Program-made: the position numbers and the translations under genes
DNA from: Candidatus Falkowbacteria bacterium
GTDB lineage: Bacteria > Patescibacteriota > Patescibacteriia > UBA11705 > JABHMO01
Direction: 5' to 3'
Assembly (NCBI GenBank): GCA_018674305.1
Contig: JABHAL010000015.1
Location: forward strand, 30,683-94,682
DNA length: 64,000 nucleotides
Notes under the pieces: model-generated
What the model saw: only the letters and a program-made list of their open reading frames with translations
Databases searched by the model: none
What the model was told of the DNA's origin: nothing
Shown: piece by piece, positions 27,169-38,396 of the stretch
Layout: every line of letters begins with the position of its first letter
Position numbering within the stretch: position 1 is the stretch's first letter

Positions 27169-28744
27169 TGTTATATTTTTTTTCTTTTTGTTTCTTTCTA
27201 AGCATTGTGACATCAAACCGACCATAATATATTGACCGGAAGACAAGCTTAATAACACTAATAACGATCTTTAAAGTATATAATAAACTGTCTTTTGAAT
27301 AAACTTTATAAAACACTTCCCAAGGTCTAAAAACATATCGTAAAATCTTGTTTTTCAAAAACTTTTTTGTCGCAAATCCAACTAGGTCGTCAAGTTCTTT
27401 ATTACTCAAATGTCTAGTTCTAACCTCAGCTGACAAAAAATTTGAAATCAATCTAGCATTTTGACTATTTGGATCAATCATAGCATCAAAGTTTAGTAAC
27501 TTTTCTTCTCTCATTATTTTATACAATGGAGCATCAGGATATGGTGTCAATTTGTAAAAAGCTGCATAATCAACACCACAGGACAAAGCAAAATTAACTG
27601 TATCCATTATTTTTTCCTTAGTTTCATATGGAAAGCCAAAAATTGTAGTGATCACAGTCCACATTCCAATCTTATTAGCATATTGCAAAAGTTCTTTAGC
27701 TTGAGCAAGATCAAAAGGTTTGCCAATAAACTTTCTAATCTCATTATTACCTGACTCAATACCAAAAGTAATTCTATAACAACCAGCCCTGCGCATCAAT
27801 AACAAAATTTCCTTATTCAATGTCCAATGAGCAATCCCATTTGGTGTTGACCAGTAAATTTTCAATCCACGATCAATAATCCCCTGACAAATTGCTTTGA
27901 ACCTATGTGGATCAACGCTAATACTATCATCAAGAAATGAAATTTCCTTAATACCAAAGTTTTTCTGCAAATATTCAATTTCATCAAGAACTTGATCAGG
28001 TGTTTTACCTCGCCACTTGTGTCCCCAAACAGTTTTTACTGAACAATAAATACAGTCCATTGGACAACCACGACTGGTTGATAACTGAAAAGACGGCGTT
28101 TTCATTTGATAATCCTCATTAAAGGTAATATATCTTTTCATGTCCAAGGAGGCATAATCCAGAATTGGTAAAGTTTTTATATCCAAAGGTTCACGAACAC
28201 CTGTTTTGATCGGTTTTCCTTTATTATTCCTATAAGCAATCCCAGGTACATCCTGAATAGATTGATTTTCTGAATATTTATTTAATAAATCCAAAAATGT
28301 TAATTCACCCTCACCTATCACAACTAAATCAACATTTTTGTCAGTTAAAGTCTCTTGCCAGAAATTTGTGGCATGAGTACCACCAAAAATAACTTTTACT
28401 TCAGGATTTATCTTCTTGGTAATACTAGCTATACTATGTGAATCCATAAAATACCTAGTAAACACACAAGAAACACCAACTATATCTGGCTTACTTTCTC
28501 TAATCTTCTTTTCAATCTCTGTATCATCAACACCTATTCTCACACTGTCATTGGCTAATCTTTTTCTAATCTTTTCCTTGGTAAACATGAAATCCTCTAT
28601 CATTATATTTTCATAACCATGTTTTTTTACATAACTTAAAACAGATAAAAGATTAATTGGAAATGAAACCGCTCCAGCATTAGAATCTTCACCATAATGC
28701 GTTAACGGTGGTTGTATTAATAAAATTTTTAAATCTTTTTTCAT
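27161..28744 (-). CDS. B12-binding (class B) radical SAM enzyme
   Basis: N-terminal cobalamin-binding Rossmann region (KILLIQPP...) and TSRGCPMDCIYCS CxxxCxxC motif. Confidence 0.8.
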   Translation of the reverse strand: MKKDLKILLIQPPLTHYGEDSNAGAVSFPINLLSVLSYVKKHGYENIMIEDFMFTKEKIRKRLANDSVRIGVDDTEIEKKIRESKPDIVGVSCVFTRYFMDSHSIASITKKINPEVKVIFGGTHATNFWQETLTDKNVDLVVIGEGELTFLDLLNKYSENQSIQDVPGIAYRNNKGKPIKTGVREPLDIKTLPILDYASLDMKRYITFNEDYQMKTPSFQLSTSRGCPMDCIYCSVKTVWGHKWRGKTPDQVLDEIEYLQKNFGIKEISFLDDSISVDPHRFKAICQGIIDRGLKIYWSTPNGIAHWTLNKEILLLMRRAGCYRITFGIESGNNEIRKFIGKPFDLAQAKELLQYANKIGMWTVITTIFGFPYETKEKIMDTVNFALSCGVDYAAFYKLTPYPDAPLYKIMREEKLLNFDAMIDPNSQNARLISNFLSAEVRTRHLSNKELDDLVGFATKKFLKNKILRYVFRPWEVFYKVYSKDSLLYTLKIVISVIKLVFRSIYYGRFDVTMLRKKQKEKKYNNE

Positions 28745-28745
28745 A

Positions 28746-31463
28746 CTATTCATCTTTTTTACAACACACAACATACACTACCAACATACCCAGTGCAATT
28801 ATTGATATTAATCCTCCAAAATAAAACACATTTTGTGGCCAAAATTCCAAAACAACTAATCTTGTTGGGCCAAGTACTGAATCATCCAATTGCCAACTAT
28901 TAGCATAACCATTTGCCAATCTAACCGGCGCTAAATTACCTTCATCACGAGAAAATACTTTTGTGAAAAAGTTTTGTTCTTTATCAGTTTCATATGTTTT
29001 TATAGTCCAACCTGAGTTATAACCATTGTTAAAAACTAAACTATAAATACCATCCAACTTAGGAACCTCTACAACATACTTGCCAGGATTTAGTTTAGCA
29101 AATTCTAAACCTTGATCATAATCTGGTTGAATATTTTCTTGATTATAAACAAAAAGCAAATTGTTCACAGGTATAGCATATATTGAATGTCCTTCAGCAT
29201 TCTTAATATCTACAGAATAAATATCTTTTTCAAGATTAAATTTACCAAAGTCAATCCAATCACCAGACATAACAACATCACTTCTAATTACTTTATCGTC
29301 AAGACTTAAATATACAGGTGCTTCTAAACCTGCTTCATTCAAATTAAAATATATTTCATACTCACCCGTATGAACAATCTCTAATTTGTAATCATCCAAA
29401 ACAACATTTTCCGTGTTGTAATTTACTTCTCTTTTTAGTCTAGCTTGTTCCTCTGAATCACTGATTTCTGTAGCCTCTTTTAATTCTTTATTGAACTCTG
29501 CTAATTTATCAATATCTGTATTATTAGCAATTACTTCAACTGCATATTCTCCATACTGACCAGCTTCAGAAAAATGAATTACAGGTTTAAAGTTATTATT
29601 ATATTCAGAAATATCCAAGTAAGAAATCAAAGAACCCATATCACCATCAATAACAATATCTTTATTAGCAATGTACAAAAACGGTGTAAAATCATTATAT
29701 TCGTATAAATCAATATTCTCACTTAAACTCAGCAAGTTCAAATCCTTATTATTCATTAAATATTCTTTTTGTTGTGAAATATTCCAAATTCTAGCACAAC
29801 TAAAATGCGGTACTATATCCGTGCGGAAATAAACATACTGAATATTTAAAATCTGTAACATTTTTGAATACAACTCTGAATTTTTTGCTTGACATTGAAA
29901 ATCTCGAAAACCTTGCAACAACTTCTCACCCATTTTATTACTAAATCCTTGATCAACCACAACATTAAATGGTGCAAATATTTGATTCACATCAACACCC
30001 TGGCCATCTAACTGATAATCATTTGGTACAAACGCTGGTGAAAAAGAAATTGGTTGAGCCAGAACCTTGGCACCTTCAAGATTCTCATCTAGATATTCAT
30101 AAACTTCTTCCAAATCTGGATTTAACTGATAAACATCAATATGATCTTTATTTTTTTTAGTTAAAACCTCTCGTCCTATATCTCCTAAATACCAGTATGG
30201 CAAACTCCAGACAAGCAAAATTATAATCAAAACACTTTTAGCAATTTTCTTATTTACCTTTTTTAAATCTTCAAAAATCAAAGTAAATCCGTACGCAAAA
30301 ATTATTGTTAAACAAAACAACACACCAGGAATATAATGCTGCGCAGATCTGAACATAGCATAAGCAGAAAAATGTTGTACTAACCAAAGCACAAAATCAC
30401 CAAATGGCGGGTTTCCACTTGTAGCAAAAATCATGAAGATAACAAATGTAAATAACCAAAATAAAATATCCTTATTAAACTTCTTTTTTATCGTGACATA
30501 AAGAAAGGTTCCAGCCAAAGACAAATACATTACAGCATACCAAATTGGCAAAATCACATTTGACATCGTAGCTGTAAACATGTGTCTATCAAAAAAACCA
30601 GTACCGACTAACATCTGCCAAACCTTTGGAGCAGACTGAATATTTTTCAAAGCAATACCAGCAAAACCTTTCTGAGCTTTCAAGCCTGATAAATAACCAA
30701 AATCAGCAATCATTGGCACAATCCAATAAGCGTTTAAAAACAAGGAAAAAACTCCAACAAGTATTAATCGTTTAATAATCTGCCAATCTTTTTTCAGCCA
30801 AGCATACCAACTACAGTATAAACAAAACATTACTACCACAAATACAAATTGTTGAATTGAGATCATCAAGGCAGTAATTAGAACTGCTGAAGTTAGCAAA
30901 TATATCTTGCGAGAACTGTTAATCAAATAATGGAACGACAAAAAACACCATGGCCAAAGAGCATAGGCCAAAAACTGACTCATAGCTCCACCAATAAATT
31001 CAGAAAACAGGAATGGTGAAAACCCATACAATAAACCACCAACAAAAGACATTAAACCAAGATTTGCTTCCAATTTATAGTGTTTAAGCAGCCTTCTTAA
31101 ACACAGATACATACCAAAAGCTGCTAAAGTCATTGTAAAAATCAATAAAAACTTAGAAAAGTAATTACCATCCAAATCAAGCAAAGAAAATGGCCCAACC
31201 AAAATAATTCTTAACAATTTCACTGGCAAGGTCAAAGACATAGCAGAAAAACCTAAAACAGAATCTTTCCAAAGATAAAAGGAAGAATAAACTTGATTAG
31301 ACAGAAACGAAGCCATGTTCGGTACTGACCAATCCCAATTATGTCCAACTGTACCCACAGTGCTAAGTAATTTTCTTATCGAAAAAACAGCCATTAGCAC
31401 ATATAAACAAAAGGCTGACACAATTTGAACTTTATTTTGTAGAAACAATTTTTTCAATTTCAT
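28746..31463 (-). CDS. Large (~900 aa) polytopic membrane protein with big extracytoplasmic C-terminal domain (GT-C / YfhO-like candidate)
   Basis: About 14 N-terminal TM helices then a ~450-aa soluble region; start uncertain (31463 or 31496). Confidence 0.4.
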   Translation of the reverse strand: MKLKKLFLQNKVQIVSAFCLYVLMAVFSIRKLLSTVGTVGHNWDWSVPNMASFLSNQVYSSFYLWKDSVLGFSAMSLTLPVKLLRIILVGPFSLLDLDGNYFSKFLLIFTMTLAAFGMYLCLRRLLKHYKLEANLGLMSFVGGLLYGFSPFLFSEFIGGAMSQFLAYALWPWCFLSFHYLINSSRKIYLLTSAVLITALMISIQQFVFVVVMFCLYCSWYAWLKKDWQIIKRLILVGVFSLFLNAYWIVPMIADFGYLSGLKAQKGFAGIALKNIQSAPKVWQMLVGTGFFDRHMFTATMSNVILPIWYAVMYLSLAGTFLYVTIKKKFNKDILFWLFTFVIFMIFATSGNPPFGDFVLWLVQHFSAYAMFRSAQHYIPGVLFCLTIIFAYGFTLIFEDLKKVNKKIAKSVLIIILLVWSLPYWYLGDIGREVLTKKNKDHIDVYQLNPDLEEVYEYLDENLEGAKVLAQPISFSPAFVPNDYQLDGQGVDVNQIFAPFNVVVDQGFSNKMGEKLLQGFRDFQCQAKNSELYSKMLQILNIQYVYFRTDIVPHFSCARIWNISQQKEYLMNNKDLNLLSLSENIDLYEYNDFTPFLYIANKDIVIDGDMGSLISYLDISEYNNNFKPVIHFSEAGQYGEYAVEVIANNTDIDKLAEFNKELKEATEISDSEEQARLKREVNYNTENVVLDDYKLEIVHTGEYEIYFNLNEAGLEAPVYLSLDDKVIRSDVVMSGDWIDFGKFNLEKDIYSVDIKNAEGHSIYAIPVNNLLFVYNQENIQPDYDQGLEFAKLNPGKYVVEVPKLDGIYSLVFNNGYNSGWTIKTYETDKEQNFFTKVFSRDEGNLAPVRLANGYANSWQLDDSVLGPTRLVVLEFWPQNVFYFGGLISIIALGMLVVYVVCCKKDE

Positions 31464-32592
31464 ATTTAAAATTGTTGGAAAATTTTTGCCAATCACACTT
31501 ATCTTTTACGATTTCCGCTGCCCTATCCGCAATTCTGGTTAATTTTTCTGTATTATTATTTTTTATAATTTTTTGAATCTGCTGACTTTGCTTATTTGTA
31601 TTTTTTGTATCAATAATAAAGCCACTTTCCTGATCAGTGATAAACTCAGAGTTTGCCCCAACATCTGTAGTTATTATCGGCCGCCTCATTGACATGGCTT
31701 CTAACAAAACCAATGGTGGCATATAGTTTGTATACAAATAAGGCAATAAAACAAAGTTAACTTTGGCAAACTCGCCTGGAAAATCATCACAATATCCTAA
31801 CAATTCAACATTCCTTATCTGATAACGTTTAATAATTCGTTTAATTAAATCTTTGGTAGCTGGGAAATATTCCGGCCAAGCTAATATTTTAAACTTTGAA
31901 CTTTTCAGTTTACGAGCTATATTAATTATCTTTAATGGTCCTCGTCGTAAATCCAAAGCACCAAAATACAAAAATTTCACTTCATCATCCAATTTATTTT
32001 CTGGTAAATCTTTTTCAGGTATCTCTTTAATACCAGGATAACAAATTTGCACCTTCTTATTATATACTGGTTTAATATAATTTTTTAAATATTCACATGA
32101 AGCAATCACTTTATCAACATAATTTAACTTTTTCAAAAAAAACTTTTTTGTTTTCAAACCATCAAACACTGCGTGAAAAACTTCAAACAAAGTATTATCA
32201 ATATTACGGAAAAAATTCTTTGATGGATAAATTATATTGAAAAAATTCAACTTTAATACATTATAAAAATTTGATTTTGGATAATTAATATGCGTTAAAT
32301 AAAAAATGGCAGGAATACCTAACTTTTTTCTAACCAAACCTGTCAGTGCTCCCCAAAATGGTGTACCACTACTTAAAATAACATCTCCAGTATAATCACC
32401 TTTTTTATACTTAAATATGCTTTTTATAATATGATAATTTTGCCAAGATGACATTGGACCAACATTTTCAGTAATAATCTCATAACTATGTCCTTGCTTT
32501 TCCAAATCTTCTGCAAGCTGAACCAACTTCTTGGCATCGCCACCAAGATTTTCCCCCTTGATTAAAAATGGTTCAAATAAAAGTATTTTCAT
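31432..32592 (-). CDS. Glycosyltransferase family 1 (GT4-like)
   Basis: LLPYLYTNYMPPLVLLEAMSMRRPIITTDVGANSEFI EX7E motif. Confidence 0.75.
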   Translation of the reverse strand: MKILLFEPFLIKGENLGGDAKKLVQLAEDLEKQGHSYEIITENVGPMSSWQNYHIIKSIFKYKKGDYTGDVILSSGTPFWGALTGLVRKKLGIPAIFYLTHINYPKSNFYNVLKLNFFNIIYPSKNFFRNIDNTLFEVFHAVFDGLKTKKFFLKKLNYVDKVIASCEYLKNYIKPVYNKKVQICYPGIKEIPEKDLPENKLDDEVKFLYFGALDLRRGPLKIINIARKLKSSKFKILAWPEYFPATKDLIKRIIKRYQIRNVELLGYCDDFPGEFAKVNFVLLPYLYTNYMPPLVLLEAMSMRRPIITTDVGANSEFITDQESGFIIDTKNTNKQSQQIQKIIKNNNTEKLTRIADRAAEIVKDKCDWQKFSNNFKYEIEKIVSTK

Positions 32593-32594
32593 TC

Positions 32595-33932
32595 TTATTC
32601 TCTTTTTAAGATATTGAATCTTCTAAGTGGTTTAAAAATATATAGCATAATTGCATCCAAACTGTATGAAAATATATCATATCCAACAGTATTTAAACGC
32701 AAACTAATCAAATCCAACCACAGTTTATGAATTCTTGCTTTAAATAACTGGTTCAACTTGATATTCACTGGATATATTCCATTTACATACTTTTTCGCTT
32801 TCAAAAACTTAAAAAATGTTTTGTACGCAACTTGCCAGTGATAATCCTCTGTTCTTTTTAATAATTTTTTACCATCAACTCTTTCTAAAAGATATATTAA
32901 ATGCAATAAATCAATCATTCTTAACTTATGCACTTCGAAAATAATATGAGCCACTTGAATCAGTAGTGCATCCTCATCACTTGATGTATCAAATTCAATA
33001 TCATGAACTAACTGTTTCTTTTTATTAACAAAAACTTTTTCTTTATCAATATAAATCACACCTCGCCAACTGATTTGCTGATGCAAATGAACAGTGACAA
33101 ATTCCCCCTTACTTTTATATCTCCAAATTTCCTTATACTTTTCATTACAGTTATCCCAAAATTTAATTTTAGAAACTTTTTTCTGTTTCCAACCTAATTG
33201 TTTTAATTCTTTTCTAAAGTTGCCAAAATCCTGTTCATTTTTAAACAAAACATCTATATCATGACCAACATAAGCCTGATCTTTGTGCGCTTTGAATAAA
33301 ACAAATTCAAAATTTTTGTTCAATTTCTGGAGAAGTTTAAGAGTTTCTTTATATGCTCTTTGCGCTTCCTCAATTATAACATGTTTTTGATTTGAATACT
33401 TGTGACTAACTCCGTACAATCCACTATCACTTAACTTCTTTTGCTCTAATAAATCATAATCTATTTCATCAATTACTAACTTCTCCACTTCAGCCTTATC
33501 CAGCTCTGCATTTATTCTAATAACCGGCACTATTTTTTCTAATAATTTATATAATCTAGCTCTTTTTTCATATTCTTTCAGTGTTAATTCCTTTTTTCGC
33601 TTACATATTGTTTCATATGATGCGTCAAGCAGAAAAACCTTATCAAAACCTGGCAAGAAAAAATGCATTAACTTAAATATTATCCTAACAAAAATGTCAG
33701 ACTTTACTAAAAAATCTGGCATCATCACAATCGCTGAATCATAATATCCCCTATCACATATCAAAACACGATTATTATTCCCCCAAACCTTTAGAGCCAA
33801 AACAAAATTATATCTTGCCTGGCCTGGTCGATAATATTCAGCTATTTTTAATTTTTGATTAAATTGGTCAACCAAGTTCTTTGCTAACGTAGTCTTTCCA
33901 GTACCATCATAACCAATAATATTTAAATTCAT
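32595..33932 (-). CDS. P-loop kinase-like domain (dNMP/thymidylate-kinase-like) fused to an uncharacterised ~270-aa C-terminal domain
   Basis: IIGYDGTGKTTLAKNL Walker A at the N-terminus; C-terminal half has no known motif. Confidence 0.45.
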   Translation of the reverse strand: MNLNIIGYDGTGKTTLAKNLVDQFNQKLKIAEYYRPGQARYNFVLALKVWGNNNRVLICDRGYYDSAIVMMPDFLVKSDIFVRIIFKLMHFFLPGFDKVFLLDASYETICKRKKELTLKEYEKRARLYKLLEKIVPVIRINAELDKAEVEKLVIDEIDYDLLEQKKLSDSGLYGVSHKYSNQKHVIIEEAQRAYKETLKLLQKLNKNFEFVLFKAHKDQAYVGHDIDVLFKNEQDFGNFRKELKQLGWKQKKVSKIKFWDNCNEKYKEIWRYKSKGEFVTVHLHQQISWRGVIYIDKEKVFVNKKKQLVHDIEFDTSSDEDALLIQVAHIIFEVHKLRMIDLLHLIYLLERVDGKKLLKRTEDYHWQVAYKTFFKFLKAKKYVNGIYPVNIKLNQLFKARIHKLWLDLISLRLNTVGYDIFSYSLDAIMLYIFKPLRRFNILKRE

Positions 33933-33942
33933 ACATTACTAA

Positions 33943-35004
33943 TTACTGATTCTCAGGAGTTACAGCTTTTTTTTGCGAATCTGTAAATCGTTTAATAAAA
34001 TAAAAAATTGATTTCTTTTTATATAATCCTTGTTCAATAAACAGTTGCTGATCAGATAGTTTACGATTTTTTTGGATCCTTCTTCTTTTTTTGTAATTAG
34101 CTGGCAGATGAAGAAAAAACCACATAATTCCTTTCAAAATATTAATACCTGAAGTCCAATTACCCTTAAAAAGTAAATAAAAGGCCAAACCATTCCACAA
34201 AAAAATATGTTTAGGCAAAATTCTGACTAAATATTTAAAAGATAAGTTTTTGTACAAAGTTAAAATGTAATTTTTGCAACCATGGAACCGAACCAGTTTG
34301 TTATTAAACTTTTTGTCAGTAATATCCTTAGTAGCTGAATAATGATGATACACAACTGACTCTGGACAAAAAACAACCTTATAATTTTTTAACCAACAAC
34401 GCCAACCAAGGTCAGTTTCTTCCACAAAAATAAAATAGTCTTCATCAAATCCTTCTGCAGCCTCAAATGCCTGGCGAGTAATAAACATTCCAGCTGACTT
34501 GGCTGCTAATATTTCTTTGACCTGATCATATTGTCCATTATCCGGTTCACCATACTCAGCAATTGAAATTAAAAAACCTAGCGAACCTAAATACTCTCCA
34601 ACATAATCAATGCTCTTTTTATCTTTTAAGAATAATAATTTGCACTGCAATGCGCCAACCTTTTCATCTTGTTCAAAAACTTTATCAGCATTGATAAGCC
34701 AGTCAGCTGTTACTTCTGTATCATTGTCCAAAAATCCATAAACCTGACCTGTGGCTATTTTCACACCCTCATTTCTAGCCTTAGCAGGACCAAAGTTTTT
34801 TTCAAGTTGAACAAATTTAATTTTTGCTAGATTTTTAACAAAAGTCTGCTCAATATGCTGCACGCTACCATCAGTAGAATTATTATCAACAATTATGATT
34901 TTAAAATTCTGATAATTACTATTTAAAACAGAACGTACCGTTCTTTCCAAGTACTCTTTTCCATTAAAGTTAACAATTACAATTGAATATTTAATTTCTC
35001 TCAT
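33943..35004 (-). CDS. Glycosyltransferase family 2
   Basis: YSIVIVNFNGKEYLERTVRSV...IIIVDNNSTDGS, DxD. Confidence 0.75.
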   Translation of the reverse strand: MREIKYSIVIVNFNGKEYLERTVRSVLNSNYQNFKIIIVDNNSTDGSVQHIEQTFVKNLAKIKFVQLEKNFGPAKARNEGVKIATGQVYGFLDNDTEVTADWLINADKVFEQDEKVGALQCKLLFLKDKKSIDYVGEYLGSLGFLISIAEYGEPDNGQYDQVKEILAAKSAGMFITRQAFEAAEGFDEDYFIFVEETDLGWRCWLKNYKVVFCPESVVYHHYSATKDITDKKFNNKLVRFHGCKNYILTLYKNLSFKYLVRILPKHIFLWNGLAFYLLFKGNWTSGINILKGIMWFFLHLPANYKKRRRIQKNRKLSDQQLFIEQGLYKKKSIFYFIKRFTDSQKKAVTPENQ

Positions 35005-35875
35005 AATTTTTATAAAATGACATATTTAGATCCTGATATTTATTTTCTGCAGAAAGTGGAATGCATTTAGCATCAACCTGGTATGAATAATTTGCTTTTT
35101 CAAAAATTTGCAGAAATGAACTCAGTTTAGACTTGTCCTCATTAATATTATGATGGTATTCAATACCATATTTTTCAACCATACCAACTTGACCTGCTTG
35201 CTCCAAATCCTGCAAAACCTCATTCTCTGCCCCTTCAATATCCATTTTTAAATAATCAATTTTTGATAATTTCTGATTACTGATAAAATTGGCAAATGAA
35301 ACACAACTCACCTCAATCTTATCACTTGAAAACTGTTGGTGTTCAGTCATTCTCTCCTTTTTTGTACTCATAACTAAAGAACCTGGAGTTTTCTTGTCAA
35401 CATAAAAATCAATTTTCCCATCATGATCAGATATTGCCCAATTAAATAGATAAACATCTTTTAATTTGTTTTTTTCAACATTATATTTCAACAATTCAAA
35501 TGTAGCTGGATCAGGCTCAAAACTATAAATACTACTGTTAGGATATAACCACTTGAAAAATAGTGTGGCCATACCAATATTTGCACCGCAATCAAAAATC
35601 ACTGGCCGATCATTTTTTGTAGAAAAATAGTATTCATTGCGATAAAAAATATCTTCATACAAAAATTTTATATTCTTGTATTCAAAAGCTTTGAAATGCA
35701 AGCCAAAAATTTTCTCAGTATTAAACTTAAACCAAGTAGCATAAGTTAAATATTTGAAATTTATCCTTAACCAGGCACACAAGATTCTAAATTTATTCCT
35801 ACCTGAATGACCTGAACTTGTCAAATAGGCAAAATTTCTAATGGCAATATAAGTTGTAGGAAATAATCTTCTCAT
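34991..35875 (-). CDS. FkbM-family SAM-dependent methyltransferase
   Basis: VIFDCGANIGMATLFF motif. Confidence 0.7.
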   Translation of the reverse strand: MRRLFPTTYIAIRNFAYLTSSGHSGRNKFRILCAWLRINFKYLTYATWFKFNTEKIFGLHFKAFEYKNIKFLYEDIFYRNEYYFSTKNDRPVIFDCGANIGMATLFFKWLYPNSSIYSFEPDPATFELLKYNVEKNKLKDVYLFNWAISDHDGKIDFYVDKKTPGSLVMSTKKERMTEHQQFSSDKIEVSCVSFANFISNQKLSKIDYLKMDIEGAENEVLQDLEQAGQVGMVEKYGIEYHHNINEDKSKLSSFLQIFEKANYSYQVDAKCIPLSAENKYQDLNMSFYKNYERN

Positions 35876-35917
35876 AATTATTGATTTAATATTTTTCTGT
35901 TTCCTCTATTAACCCAA

Positions 35918-37024
35918 TTAACTTTCATTAACTTTCTTCTTATCCTCTTCAGTCACATTCATAGCAAAATCTTTATTCACAAACTTAGCAATCTTCTTTA
36001 AAGGTTTATAAAAATTGTAATGAAAAATTGAATTCAAAGTACTGGCAAAAATACCTCGCATACCAGCTGGAAAACTTAGAATCTGTTTTTCCCAAATACT
36101 GTCACACTTTTCACAATTTTTATTGTAACTAAGATAAGTATTATTCAACATTGATTCACGAAAAGCCACCATCTGATCACTGTTCCAAAGTTGCTTTAAG
36201 TTATGCTCTGGGAATTTACCAAGTTTATTATCACCAAAAAAATCAGAGGTGCAGGCGATCAAATGACCATCCCATTGAATATGCATTGAACTCCACAGGT
36301 ATGAACATGGTGAAAACTCTTTACCTAATTCTTTGGCTTCAAATTTATCTGTATCACTGAGAAAATTGCCCCAAGTACTTGGTCTTCGCATTTGAATACA
36401 GTCAATTGGCAAATCCTTGAAATTTTGCATAAACTGTTCTCTGTTTTCTTGATAAATCTTGTCCCCTTCATCATCCATAATCATAACTTGCAAATCAGCA
36501 ACAGTTTTTGCACCAAGTTCTTTTTTTATTTTCAAAAAGTTGATCACATTTTCTAATGATTTTTCAAAATTAGCATTTACCCTAACTTTTTCATAAACTT
36601 CCTTGGTTACACCATCAAAAAAAAAATTTATCCAGTCTAAATCTGCTTCTAAAAGTTTGCGAGAAATTTCTGGTGTTAGTAAAGTACAATTTGTAGAAAT
36701 ATAAACTGCAATTTTATTATCCTTGGCATACTTAACCATTTCAGGAAACTTTGGATGCAAAAGTGATTCACCAGAAATACATAAGATTATAAACGAAACA
36801 AATGGCTTCGCTTCATCAATAATCTTTTTGTATAAATCAAAATCCATATAGCCAGGATTTGGTTGACCAATAATTGAATTTGGACACATGATACATTTCA
36901 GATTACAAACATTAGTTGGCTCAATCCAAAGAGCGGTTGGCAAATATTTCAATCTGGTCTTTTTTCGTTTATAACTCCAATGCGCTCGTGGCATGGCTAT
37001 TAAATTGTTTATTTTTTTAATCAT
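35918..37024 (-). CDS. Radical SAM / SPASM-domain protein (paralogue 1). Start moved to the ATG at 37024, which overlaps the upstream stop (ATGA)
   Basis: EPTNVCNLKCIMCPN CxxxCxxC; C-terminal Cys cluster (CSYLW...WDGHLIACTSDF...CEKCD). Confidence 0.75.
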   Translation of the reverse strand: MIKKINNLIAMPRAHWSYKRKKTRLKYLPTALWIEPTNVCNLKCIMCPNSIIGQPNPGYMDFDLYKKIIDEAKPFVSFIILCISGESLLHPKFPEMVKYAKDNKIAVYISTNCTLLTPEISRKLLEADLDWINFFFDGVTKEVYEKVRVNANFEKSLENVINFLKIKKELGAKTVADLQVMIMDDEGDKIYQENREQFMQNFKDLPIDCIQMRRPSTWGNFLSDTDKFEAKELGKEFSPCSYLWSSMHIQWDGHLIACTSDFFGDNKLGKFPEHNLKQLWNSDQMVAFRESMLNNTYLSYNKNCEKCDSIWEKQILSFPAGMRGIFASTLNSIFHYNFYKPLKKIAKFVNKDFAMNVTEEDKKKVNES

Positions 37025-38396
37025 TGTCTTGATGTATCTCCTCTGGTTAATAATGATAAACCTGTTTTTATAGAATATTTTAGATTTTCCCAAGAAGAAA
37101 TGTCTTGAAAAAATCTGCGAATCAAATAACTTGGTCGGAAATAAAATTTAAAATATGCTTTTTTACGAAAATCTTCTAATTCTTGCAAGTTAAAACCTTC
37201 TGGCACATAAAATGGCCATGAACCATGAAAGCCTTCGCCAAGTTCGCCTCGCGCATATTGATCAATTGTATCGATTGAAATTTTATTTTCAGACTTAGCA
37301 GTTTCAAATAATGCAGCACCTGGTAATGGCAAGGAAATATGCACGCCAACAATATTGTATCTAGCAGTTTTATAAAACTGCATTGTTTTTTCAATATCTT
37401 CTCTAGTTTCTGTTGGAAAACCAAGCATTAGAAAAGCATTAACATTAACCCTATTTTTGTTACATAACTTTGCAGCTTTGACAATTGCTTCTGTACTTAA
37501 ATTTTTCTTAATAATTTCATTTCTAATTCGTTCACTACCAGATTCAACTCCAAGCGTTACTTCAAGGCAACCAGCCTTTTTCATTAATTTTACAATATCT
37601 TCATCAAGCATATCTGCCCGAGTAATAGCCGTCCAGGTAATTTTCATTCCTCTCTTTAATATTTCCTGACAAATACCAATAATATGATCCTTTTTCAAGG
37701 TTAAAGTATCATCAGCAAACATAAAGAAAGTTTCACCTTGTTTATAAATCTCTTCCATTTCATCCAAGATTTTCATAGGATCACGAAAGCGCATTTTGTC
37801 ACTTAGTGCTGGCCGAGAACAGAAGACACATTTAAACGGACAACCTCGACTAGAAAAAATATGTGCACCTTTTTTGTACTTTACATGTTGAAGTTTTTCT
37901 CTTGCTGGAAATGGCAAAGAATCCAAATCCTGCACAGGAACTCCTTGATAAAATTTCTCCACAGGCTGATTAGTTTTCATTTTGTTAATAATTGCTGGCA
38001 AAACAGTTTCTGCTTCACCAGCAATACCAACATCAAATAAATGAGCAAAGCGATTGATAAAATCATTATCAGCACTGATATGTGCTCCACCCAATATAAG
38101 TTTAATTTCTGGGAAATTTTGCTTTATAAATTCAGCAGCCTGCACAGTGCCGCGAAGATTCGCTGTCATGGTAGTAAATCCAATTACTCGCGGCCGTTTT
38201 TCAGTAATTATATTTTTTAATCGGTTTAAATCAATATTTTCCGCTCCAATATCTAAGATCTCTGCTGAAACATGTTCTTTTTCCAAACTACTGGCCAAAT
38301 ACAAAACTCCCAGTGGCGGATGTTCCACATCCATAGTTTCTGGTCCACCCTCTTTATTAAAATAAATCGGCGGGTAAATGAATAGTATATCTAGCA
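37021..38396 (-). CDS. B12-binding (class B) radical SAM enzyme. Start moved to MLDILFIYPP; the upstream 5' extension is GC-rich non-coding
   Basis: Cobalamin-binding N-terminal domain; SSRGCPFKCVFCS. Confidence 0.8.
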
